A stretch of DNA of 64,000 nt from Flavobacteriaceae bacterium (GTDB lineage: Bacteria; Bacteroidota; Bacteroidia; Flavobacteriales; Flavobacteriaceae), in NCBI GenBank assembly GCA_041392175.1, contig JAWKMP010000007.1, positions 6,134 to 70,133 on the forward strand. Direction: 5' to 3'. Each line of letters opens with the position of its first letter. Positions within the stretch are counted from its first letter, which is position 1. The notes under the pieces were generated by a model. It made no database searches. It was not told where the DNA came from and was given only the letters and a program-made list of their open reading frames with translations. Positions 39,310 through 48,327 of the stretch are shown piece after piece. The position numbers and the translations under genes were made by a program.

Positions 39310-42300
39310 ATGAAAATATTTTTGGCTTCTAGATTTAAAGAGTTTGAAAATTTAAGAGAGATTCTATCAAAAAAATTTAAAGAATTTAAAGAATTTAAGC
39401 TCTCTAAAATTGAATTAATTGACCTAAATGATGGAAAAGCTGATTATAGAGATGCCTTACAAAGGTCAATAGATTCAGTAAATGATTCTGCTATGATGGT
39501 TATTTTTGTTGGAGATACTTACAGCGAAAATATCCATGAAAATGAGAAACTCTCAATAACACATTTAGAGTATAAAACAGCTAGAGAAAATGGTATTAAC
39601 ATTTTACCATATTATATTGGAAGATACATTAACCATGAAAATTTCTGTTCTGAAAATGACCCAGAAAACCTAAAAGAATTTAAACGAGAAGTCTTTCCTG
39701 ATAGAAACTCAATTTCGACCTATGCAGTGTATAATGTGAAAAATGATATAAACAAAATTGCTAAAAGGATAATTCATGATATAATAGATAATTCTAAAAG
39801 ATTTGATATCAATAGCCATAATGAATTAATAGTTGAAGTAAAAAAAATCTTTAATGCTGTATCATTAATAGATTCATTAAACCCTCAAATTATTTCTCTA
39901 GAAAATGAAAGATACAAGTTTAAAATTCCAATTTCGCTAATAAAAAAAATGTATTATGAAGAATGGGCTTTGATTGAACATAATATTTCAAAAAAAGATA
40001 ATGAAATAGGTCTCTTTATTAGTGGAGACAATAAAAATGGTTTTTTCATTGAACTAAACAAAATAGGAAAAAGTAAGTCTCAGTCTTATGAAATAAATGA
40101 TGATAATACAATAATTCGAGATATCCTTATTAATTGTGATTCTCAAATTGAAAATGAATATCTTTTGTTTAGAGAATTAACACTTAAACAAAGATATTTC
40201 TACTCCATTTTTAAAGACTTTTCTCATAATATTGAATATTTAATAGAGTCTGATAAATTTCCCTCATCTAAAAAAAAGACTTTACTTTTTAGACTATTAG
40301 CCTTATACTATTATGAAAAGGGAAATTATGATTTAATGAGAGAAAACTTCGCATCTTGTATAAATCTACTTGAAAAGAATTCTGAAAATAAGTTGTCAGG
40401 TTTTTTTATTGGTTGGGCTGAAAAAGAAAGAGAATTGGAGAATATAGATAAAGCTAATGAGATTTATAAAAAAGTTATTGATCTATTTAATCGACCTAAC
40501 TCAAAAGCTCGTTTTAATTTGGCAGTATATTATAAAGATAATAACGAAAGTGAAAAAGCCGTCGAGTTATTTAAAGATTTAGTAATTGATAAGGACATCG
40601 AAGCGCCAATACCATTTTATGAAAGTTCAGGTTTTTGGCAAAAATTTGAAGATACTATAGCAGATAAAATAAAATACGGAGAATCTAAAAATGCAACAAA
40701 ACTACAAGACATTATCAAGGATTTGGCAATTAGTTTGAACAAGGAAGGAGAACTTGATAAAAGTGAGAAAGTATTATTGCAGGTATCAAAAATTATTAAT
40801 AATAACGATTTGCTTACCAAAGCATTAATCAATTTTTATATTAAAAATGATATTACTAAAGCAACAAAAGAAATCACTCTACTAAGTAAAACAAATTTCA
40901 ATAAATTTCATTTGGCTGACTTATGGTTGAATTACTATAAGGAAAAAGAAATGTATTCCATTGCCTTTGACTATGTAGAATCATTTTTAAAAGAAAATCA
41001 TACTGAAGAAAATATCGACTTCCTTTATCGAAATATTGGAGATATGTATCATCATAAAGGAGATAGTTATCGGTCAAGTTTATATTATAATAAAATAGTT
41101 AGCAAGTGGATTTATAGTTATGATTTATATGCTATGTCGCTTATTAAATATAATGAAACAAAGTCTTTACGAATTTTCAAAAATTATTTTCATAAAACAC
41201 CATACCACAATAGTTTTTCTAGATTCACCAAAAATATTTCCCGATATGTAATACTATGTTTAAAAAATAAAAAGCATTTAGATGCAAGTAAATTAATCAA
41301 TCAATTAATTAAAGACAGAAAAGTATATAACTACGAAGATGGTTTTTTCTCATTTTTACATCAACAACAACTTAAACTAACAGCTGACGATACTTTTTTT
41401 GATATTTTACTAAAAAAAAGTGAAGATTTTTCTAAGGATAATAATCAAAAAGCAATTGTATATTCAAATTTTGCCAAACATCTAATTTATAAACACAAAC
41501 CAGATTTTTCAGAACAAGTTGATGATTATTTAGAACAAGTTGATGATTATTTTAAGAGCAAGAAAACTTCAATTTCTTTTACAGAAAAAATAGATATAAG
41601 AAGGGCGATTACATTATTCAAAAAATCTCTTTCATTAAAAAAGAATCCTAAAATAAGTTTAGAAGTTGCTAAATGTTATTTTGAATTAGAAGAGTTTGAT
41701 AAGTGTACAAAGAAATTAAATACCTTATTAAAAACTGAAGAAAAAAACAGAGCACATTTGTATTTGCTGAAAATTAGTCTTTTAAGAAAAGATAGTAGTG
41801 AAGCTTACAAAAATCTACATGCTATAAATGACTTTAGAATAAAACAAATAGGGTATTTTGAAATTGCAAAATCAGAAATTGACACAATAAATAATAACAT
41901 CTACAATTATGAAAAGTCCATAAAAAACTATAATGGATTATACAGGAAATTAAGCTTTTCAATATATCTATACTCAATTAATAATGAAAAAAGAAGCCGA
42001 GAAGTTCTTGAGGAAATAAACAAAAATCCAATTTCAAGTAATAAAATTAACCTTATTTATCATAGTGCAATTAGCGTGTATCAAAAACCGTTACCGGAAA
42101 AGATATTGATATCTATAAATAATAAGTTTAAGACTTTGATGCAATATAAAAATCCCCATAAGTTCCTAATTACTCAATTAAATACCCAAATAAAAAAATT
42201 TCCACTTAATGATAAATTATACTCGCTTAAGTTTAAGTATTATTTTATTCTAAAAGATTTTAATGAATGTGAGAAAGTGTTGCAAAGTATAATTGATTAT

Positions 42301-43353
42301 AATTTAATTAATAGAGATACCTCTTCTTTATTTTTTTCACTTTCAAGAAGTTATTATAATTTTTCAAATCTTAATGAATCAAAAACGGTTAAATTTAAAA
42401 AACAAGTTGAGGTTTTGATTAAAGCCTCAAGATTTATTAAGTATGCTTTAATTGGAGATGAAAGGAGTCTAGAATACAAACAATTATACTCTATTATATT
42501 TTATAAGCAAGGATTAAATGATAAACATAAATCTGCAAATAAAGAGTTTGTAAAAGGTTTGTCCACTGTTGAAAAATCAACCTTTTTTGAATACATCGTA
42601 AAAGAAAAAAATAGAATAAACATTCATTTATATCCGGAAGTTTTGAGTGATTATTTTACAAAAGTTGAATTTTATAATGGCCAAGAAAAAACAGGGGCTA
42701 CCTTATTAGGTAAAGAAAAGGTAAAAGATTCCGTATCATACATTATTTATAAGAGTATAGAAGCGGACAATGATTTTCATAAAGAAAATTGTAATGATAT
42801 TTTAAATAGAATAAGAACTAGACTCGCAACTTATCATTTTGATGCAGGTAAAAAATTGCAAGAAAAGAAAAGATTTACGAATGCAAAGCTTAATTATAGT
42901 AAAGCGTTTTTTTATCAAAAAAATGTTTATAAATCTAACGGATTAAGAGACTCCTTTATTGGCTCTTTTTTAGCAACTATTCAATATTTGGAAGAATTTG
43001 AATATGGTATCAAGATTTGTGAAATGTACTTAAAAACTCATAAAACAGCACATATTTTTCATAAGTATGGCAATTTTTTGAGAGAGAAAGAGAAGTTTGA
43101 ATCTTCTTTTTCTGCTTATGATAATGCAATTGATTTAGCAGATTCAGAGAAACATCTTGGAATATTGAATCACAATATGCTAAGATTATGTTATGAATCA
43201 GACCTTGCTAATAAATTGGTTATTGAATCAGAAAAAGTTGTTTCATTTACAAAAAATGCATATAACAAGGTATTAAAGTTCTACCCAACTTTTGAATATA
43301 TTGAAGACTCATTAAAATACAAAAATTATATATGTGATAAATATGATAAATAA
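39310..43353 (+). CDS. DUF4062 (TIR-like) domain + long TPR protein
   Basis: N-terminal KIFLASRF..SIDSVNDSAMMVIFVGDTYS..SITHLEYKTARENGINILPY fits the DUF4062 pattern. The remainder has many TPR-like helical pairs (ARFNLAVYY, YRNIGDMY, FHKYGNFL). Confidence 0.75.
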   Translation: MKIFLASRFKEFENLREILSKKFKEFKEFKLSKIELIDLNDGKADYRDALQRSIDSVNDSAMMVIFVGDTYSENIHENEKLSITHLEYKTARENGINILPYYIGRYINHENFCSENDPENLKEFKREVFPDRNSISTYAVYNVKNDINKIAKRIIHDIIDNSKRFDINSHNELIVEVKKIFNAVSLIDSLNPQIISLENERYKFKIPISLIKKMYYEEWALIEHNISKKDNEIGLFISGDNKNGFFIELNKIGKSKSQSYEINDDNTIIRDILINCDSQIENEYLLFRELTLKQRYFYSIFKDFSHNIEYLIESDKFPSSKKKTLLFRLLALYYYEKGNYDLMRENFASCINLLEKNSENKLSGFFIGWAEKERELENIDKANEIYKKVIDLFNRPNSKARFNLAVYYKDNNESEKAVELFKDLVIDKDIEAPIPFYESSGFWQKFEDTIADKIKYGESKNATKLQDIIKDLAISLNKEGELDKSEKVLLQVSKIINNNDLLTKALINFYIKNDITKATKEITLLSKTNFNKFHLADLWLNYYKEKEMYSIAFDYVESFLKENHTEENIDFLYRNIGDMYHHKGDSYRSSLYYNKIVSKWIYSYDLYAMSLIKYNETKSLRIFKNYFHKTPYHNSFSRFTKNISRYVILCLKNKKHLDASKLINQLIKDRKVYNYEDGFFSFLHQQQLKLTADDTFFDILLKKSEDFSKDNNQKAIVYSNFAKHLIYKHKPDFSEQVDDYLEQVDDYFKSKKTSISFTEKIDIRRAITLFKKSLSLKKNPKISLEVAKCYFELEEFDKCTKKLNTLLKTEEKNRAHLYLLKISLLRKDSSEAYKNLHAINDFRIKQIGYFEIAKSEIDTINNNIYNYEKSIKNYNGLYRKLSFSIYLYSINNEKRSREVLEEINKNPISSNKINLIYHSAISVYQKPLPEKILISINNKFKTLMQYKNPHKFLITQLNTQIKKFPLNDKLYSLKFKYYFILKDFNECEKVLQSIIDYNLINRDTSSLFFSLSRSYYNFSNLNESKTVKFKKQVEVLIKASRFIKYALIGDERSLEYKQLYSIIFYKQGLNDKHKSANKEFVKGLSTVEKSTFFEYIVKEKNRINIHLYPEVLSDYFTKVEFYNGQEKTGATLLGKEKVKDSVSYIIYKSIEADNDFHKENCNDILNRIRTRLATYHFDAGKKLQEKKRFTNAKLNYSKAFFYQKNVYKSNGLRDSFIGSFLATIQYLEEFEYGIKICEMYLKTHKTAHIFHKYGNFLREKEKFESSFSAYDNAIDLADSEKHLGILNHNMLRLCYESDLANKLVIESEKVVSFTKNAYNKVLKFYPTFEYIEDSLKYKNYICDKYDK
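41511..41552 (+). repeat. 21-bp perfect in-frame tandem duplication
   Basis: agaacaagttgatgattattt twice (EQVDDYLEQVDDYF). Confidence 0.9.
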
Positions 43354-44986
43354 AATACCAATAACTTTAGGCGTAATTGGGCATTTAGATACAATATTTA
43401 CCGAAGAACATAAAGTTGTCATTGTCAATATACTCGAAAAACTCTCAAGGTTATACCCAAATAGCCCTATTGCTTTGTTTTCGCAACTAGCAAAAGGTGC
43501 AGACATTGAAGTAGCAAAAGTATTTTTAGAGTGCAAAGAACAAACGAAGATAGATTTTCGGTTAATTGTACCTTTACCCTATGAAAAAGAAGAATTAATT
43601 AATCAACTAACCGATTCTGAAAAAATTGAGTTTAAAAATATTTTATCGCAAGCGACAAAAACTTTTACACTTGAAAATTTAGAAAACCTACCAAAGAATG
43701 AACTATATAGAAACGCTGGGAAGTTTGTTGCAGACTCGTCTTTAATATTAATTGCTCTTTATGAAAATGAGGATAACAATAAAAAAGGAGGAACGGCCGA
43801 CATTGTTCGTTACAAAATTGAAGGTACATTTAACGACGATATTGAAGAACATATTTTTGACAATAAAGGCTCATTAATTATAATTCCTTGTAATCGAGTT
43901 TCTTCCGACATAAAAATTTTTCATTTAGAAAATGATTATTTAGAGAATTTGCTAAAAGACAAAAGTATTAGCAAAGCACTTGATAAAATTGATGCTTCCA
44001 ATAAGGAAGTACAGAAGTTTTCAGAAATTGAATTGGAATCTTCGGCAAATGATTTGTATCCTGCGAATAAAAGTTTGATTGAACAAAATCAGCAATTAAA
44101 ACGACTTTATTCTATTTTTGATACTATAGCCCAAAAACAACAGAAAAGGTATTTAAACCTTATTAAAGCATTATTTCTATTGGGACTTTTAATACTTTCC
44201 GTATTTGAGATATATAAACACCTTGGTTTGAACCCTATTTTCTTCGGTGGTACCTTAACATTGATTGGTATTGCATATTTCATCTATAAGCGAAGCCATA
44301 AAGTTGGTAGCCACACAAAGTATTTGGAGGATAGAATAATTGCAGAAGCCCTGAGAGTTCAATTCTTTTGGAATGTAAGTGATATAAAAATGGCAGCGGC
44401 AAATTATATTTTAAGAATTCATAAAACGGAATTTAACTGGGTCAAGCATATATTACTTTCTATTTATGGCCTTACCTATAACTGGATAAATACGAGAGAC
44501 GAATCGATAAAAGATGTAAAAACACATTGGATTATAAATCAAAAAGATTTTTTTGAATTACGCTTAAGTAAACTTGAAAAGAACGAAAGATTATTTAATT
44601 TACTTTCTAAAATTATATTTTGGATTGCATTAGCTGTTTTAGCGCTCATTTTTATTCTGGAATACAAACATTTCAACCATCATATCATTCATCTGCTAAT
44701 AGTTGTTGATAGTGTTCTTTTTGGCCTTTTTGCTTTAATCAAAGCATACTATGAAAAAAGAGGGTTTGAGCAAATAAGAAATCAATATACTCTAATGTCA
44801 ATTATTTATTCGGCCTGTGAAACAAAAATGAACGAGATTATACTAAACGAGATTTCCAAAGAACAAATAGACAAACAACTAGACAAATTATTATTTTTAA
44901 CTGGCAAAGAGGCTCTGATTGAAAACGGCAACTGGTATCTGATTTTTAAGGAAAAGGAACCCGAGGTAGAAGGTATAGGTGGATAG
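43343..44986 (+). CDS. SLOG (YpsA/SMF-like) domain fused to SLATT-like 4TM effector region
   Basis: SLOG motifs LGVIGH, SQLAKGAD, LIVPLPY, LIALY, KGGTADIV. Two TM hairpins, followed by YLEDRIIAEALRVQFFW and GKEALIENGNW respectively. ATG at 43343 overlaps the upstream stop. Confidence 0.75.
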   Translation: MINKIPITLGVIGHLDTIFTEEHKVVIVNILEKLSRLYPNSPIALFSQLAKGADIEVAKVFLECKEQTKIDFRLIVPLPYEKEELINQLTDSEKIEFKNILSQATKTFTLENLENLPKNELYRNAGKFVADSSLILIALYENEDNNKKGGTADIVRYKIEGTFNDDIEEHIFDNKGSLIIIPCNRVSSDIKIFHLENDYLENLLKDKSISKALDKIDASNKEVQKFSEIELESSANDLYPANKSLIEQNQQLKRLYSIFDTIAQKQQKRYLNLIKALFLLGLLILSVFEIYKHLGLNPIFFGGTLTLIGIAYFIYKRSHKVGSHTKYLEDRIIAEALRVQFFWNVSDIKMAAANYILRIHKTEFNWVKHILLSIYGLTYNWINTRDESIKDVKTHWIINQKDFFELRLSKLEKNERLFNLLSKIIFWIALAVLALIFILEYKHFNHHIIHLLIVVDSVLFGLFALIKAYYEKRGFEQIRNQYTLMSIIYSACETKMNEIILNEISKEQIDKQLDKLLFLTGKEALIENGNWYLIFKEKEPEVEGIGG

Positions 44987-45181
44987 CTTAACTATGTTCA
45001 AGAACATTGTAATTCTCGTTTTTGTGGCTGCAAAGTGCTTTCACACTAAAGTTAATTCTCACGCCAAAAAAGCGTGACTGCCAATGGCTCATGCGAATCA
45101 GCCGACCAGCTGACTGGGAATAGCAAGAGACGTTGGTGCAATTTTAGAAACCAGACTATTAAAAAAGAAGTACAACAAAAT

Positions 45182-47512
45182 ATGGCAAAAGCATTTTTAT
45201 CACATAGCAGTAAAGACAAAGATTTAGTTCGCAATGTTGCTACTCAACTTGGAAATAAAAATTCTGTACTAGACGAAATATCATTTGAGCCAGGCAGAAA
45301 AACCCTTGATCAAATTTTTTTAGAATTAGACAGTTCAGACATCTTTGTTTTATTTATTTCAAATGAATCTCTTGAATCACCTTGGGTTAAAAAAGAAATT
45401 AATCGAGCAAAAGAAAACTTAAACAATGACTATTTAGAGAGGATAATCCCAATTATAATTGATGAAAATATCATATATTCTGATACTAGAATACCAAATT
45501 GGATAGCAAAACCTTATAATTTGAAATTCATAGGTAATGAGGTTATAATATTAAAGAAAATCCGACAAGCACTTAAAGAAGTCAATTTTAAAAAGACAAA
45601 ATTTAACCTAGAGATAGAAAAGAATTTTGTTGGGAGAAATGCGGAAATGGGAAAATTTGAGAATGAAATAAATAACATTGATAATTGGACTCCGACTTAT
45701 ATTATTGCATATAATTATTTTGAAGGAATTGGAAGGAGAACATTTCTTAAAAATGCTTTAAGAAAATATGAATTAACAAATTATTTAGATTCCCCCACAA
45801 CAATTACTCTGGATTCTAAGGAAAGTATAGAAAACTTCATTTACAAACTTAATACCATTAGTAAATTTCCAGAAGTATTGGAATATGACTTTTCTGTCCA
45901 AAGCATTGAGTCTAAAATTGAGATAGCGGTTAAACTTCTTAAGCAGTTTATGGACTTTAAGGAGTTAATATTTATTATTGATGAAGGAGGGATTATTTTG
46001 CCAAATAACACAATTGTTGATTGGTTTAAAACCTTAGTAAATGATGAGCTATTTGACAACAATTTAATAGTTTGCTTAATTTCAAAATTTCGCCCAAATG
46101 AAGCTCAGTTAAAGAGAGAGAAAAAATCACTTGTTTATAGAATACCCGAACTTTCAAAGTCCGAGACGAAAAATTTATTTCTTAGATTACTTAAAATTTA
46201 TCAACTTGAAAATTTAAAACGTGAGGATAAAGAGTTCTTCATAGAACACCTGAATGGAATTCCGTCGCAAATAATCTATGCCATAAACTTAATTGAAATA
46301 AACCCATTGGAGGCAAAGAAAAGTATTAATGAAATTGTTGAGTATTCTGATAGGTTCAGTAGCACAATATTAAATCATTTGAAAAGCACTCCAAATGCAT
46401 ATCAATTAGCTATTTTTCTTTCAACAAATGAAATTTTTAGCATTGATTTAATAAATAAGGTTTTTGGTGAAAATGATTTTACATCTGCTGCTTTACAAAA
46501 ATTATTTGACCTTTCATTATTTAACTTTGTATTTGGTAGTTATGACTACGTTAAATTGAACCCTACTTTATCTGATTTTATTAATCGCTCAAAAATAAAG
46601 TTGGATAATGAATATAATGAACAACTAAGTTTAGTTACCAAAGAACTGCTAAAAGAAAATTTGGATAAAATTATAATTGATGATTATTCTGAATTTATGA
46701 TAACACTTCAAAAAATGCTTGAGAGTGAAATTAAAATCCCAAAAAAATATTTCATTCCATCTTTGATTATCAAAAACATTATAAAAGAATACGATAAAGG
46801 TAATTATGAATATGTTATCAAAATTTGTTTAGAACTACTAGAAAATTCAAACTTTGACCAACAAATAATTTGGGAAACTAACTATCGATTAACTTTAGCA
46901 TATGCCAGAACAAAGAATGACAAATTTTTTGAATACATATCATTCTTTAAAAATAACATCAATAATCTTGATTATTACTTTTTATTAGGCTTTTATCACA
47001 GACACAAAGGAAATAAATCAAAGGCTCTGGAATATTATCACAAAGCACTTGAATTCTACCCTGAACACTCAAGAACAAAAAGAGAAATAGTAAACCTTCA
47101 TCTTTCACTTGGACAATATGACGAAGCATTGGAATTAGCTAAAGAGAACTATGAAAAAAGAAAAAACAACATATATCATATCCACTCATATTTTGTTAGC
47201 TTAATTAGAAGAAAAATGCAGTTCTCAAGTTCAGAGATAACTACTTTGCAGACATTAATGAGTGCTGTTGAATCAAATCCTGACACTAAATCCGATGACA
47301 TTCTTAGATGTATGAAAGGTGAGTATGCATATTACGTAGAATCTAATCTTAGATCATCAAATGACATATTACTTGAAGCCATTCAACTTAACGATAATAA
47401 GAACTATCCCAAAAAATCACTTTCCGAAATATACAGAAAGGAAGGGCTGAATGAAGCATTAGGCGAATTAAATAATTTCGAAGACATTGATGATTCAGAT
47501 GAAGAAATATGA
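45182..47512 (+). CDS. TIR domain + STAND-like NTPase + TPR protein
   Basis: Start reassigned to ATG 45182. TIR: KAFLSHSSKDK..DIFVLFIS..SPWVKKE. NTPase: FVGRNAE, Walker A-like EGIGRRT, Walker B-like IFIIDE, GIP. C-terminal TPRs (ALEYYHKALEFYP, LGQYDEALELA). Confidence 0.85.
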   Translation: MAKAFLSHSSKDKDLVRNVATQLGNKNSVLDEISFEPGRKTLDQIFLELDSSDIFVLFISNESLESPWVKKEINRAKENLNNDYLERIIPIIIDENIIYSDTRIPNWIAKPYNLKFIGNEVIILKKIRQALKEVNFKKTKFNLEIEKNFVGRNAEMGKFENEINNIDNWTPTYIIAYNYFEGIGRRTFLKNALRKYELTNYLDSPTTITLDSKESIENFIYKLNTISKFPEVLEYDFSVQSIESKIEIAVKLLKQFMDFKELIFIIDEGGIILPNNTIVDWFKTLVNDELFDNNLIVCLISKFRPNEAQLKREKKSLVYRIPELSKSETKNLFLRLLKIYQLENLKREDKEFFIEHLNGIPSQIIYAINLIEINPLEAKKSINEIVEYSDRFSSTILNHLKSTPNAYQLAIFLSTNEIFSIDLINKVFGENDFTSAALQKLFDLSLFNFVFGSYDYVKLNPTLSDFINRSKIKLDNEYNEQLSLVTKELLKENLDKIIIDDYSEFMITLQKMLESEIKIPKKYFIPSLIIKNIIKEYDKGNYEYVIKICLELLENSNFDQQIIWETNYRLTLAYARTKNDKFFEYISFFKNNINNLDYYFLLGFYHRHKGNKSKALEYYHKALEFYPEHSRTKREIVNLHLSLGQYDEALELAKENYEKRKNNIYHIHSYFVSLIRRKMQFSSSEITTLQTLMSAVESNPDTKSDDILRCMKGEYAYYVESNLRSSNDILLEAIQLNDNKNYPKKSLSEIYRKEGLNEALGELNNFEDIDDSDEEI

Positions 47513-48293
47513 AGTTCAAATAATCTTGTTTATTTTCTTGTTGATAAGTCCTATAGCCCACTCACAAGCCCTTACCGATAGCCTGTTTGTGGATGCCCTC
47601 ATCATCGAAAACGAAAACGTTACCACCTCCCAAGGGAATTACCTTATCGATATCCCGTTACTTAATGAATCTGTGAAGGGCCTTACCTTTGCCTCTCTGG
47701 TCTATATAAATGCGTCTAGTACGTTGCCTACCCCTTTCCTCTTGGAGCAAATACAAAGGGAGATGAGCCGCTTTTCAAAGGCTAACGTCATCGTCATCAC
47801 CCCCGACTGGGAATATTATAACCGCGTGGCCAAGGAAGCCGAAAGCATGGAGGGATGTATTGAACCCGCCACCACCCAAATCTATTATCAATTGACAAAG
47901 AAAAATAACAAAATAACCCTCGATAGCCTTCGCATTTCAGGAGCACAGCCCAAAATCACCATGGCTCCTAAACCTAAGGGGGAAATGCCACTGTCCTACT
48001 ACCAAAGGGAATATGGTTCATCGTGTTGCCCTAGGGATCCGGCTTGGGACGGTAAAGAGGCGATGGATCAAAAAATAGGGTTATTTTCCAGTAGCTACCG
48101 CAAAGACATCCTGCCCACCTGCACGGTCCTCCTAGGGAAAGAAGGGGAACAAAAAATGTTGTATGCCCTTGCAAATTTGTCCCAAAAAGAAAAACTGGAG
48201 TTTTTAATCCATATGCAGGATACCACAGACAACCCCCAAAAAAAGAGGGTATATGCGCCCATTCGCCTTGAAAAGCTAAACTGTTACAAATAG
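47499..48293 (+). CDS. Secreted hypothetical protein
   Basis: MKKYEVQIILFIFLLISPIAHSQ signal peptide; overlaps the upstream stop; SSCCPRDP motif. Confidence 0.65.
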   Translation: MKKYEVQIILFIFLLISPIAHSQALTDSLFVDALIIENENVTTSQGNYLIDIPLLNESVKGLTFASLVYINASSTLPTPFLLEQIQREMSRFSKANVIVITPDWEYYNRVAKEAESMEGCIEPATTQIYYQLTKKNNKITLDSLRISGAQPKITMAPKPKGEMPLSYYQREYGSSCCPRDPAWDGKEAMDQKIGLFSSSYRKDILPTCTVLLGKEGEQKMLYALANLSQKEKLEFLIHMQDTTDNPQKKRVYAPIRLEKLNCYK

Positions 48294-48327
48294 GTTATAA
48301 AACATCCGCCTACTTCAACACTAAGGG

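Larger units (their letters stand above)
39110..47550. other. AT-rich horizontally acquired island (candidate defence locus)
   Basis: Abrupt visible drop in GC and change in codon usage relative to both flanks; no integrase seen. Confidence 0.8.

Noticed and set aside
45074-45181. N-terminal extension of the TIR-STAND protein from GTG 45074
   Set aside because: The TIR domain begins right after ATG 45182, which follows an A-rich leader; the extension lies in spacer DNA.
39110-47550. Prophage, ICE or transposon as island vehicle
   Set aside because: No integrase, transposase, phage gene, tRNA or terminal repeat recognised.
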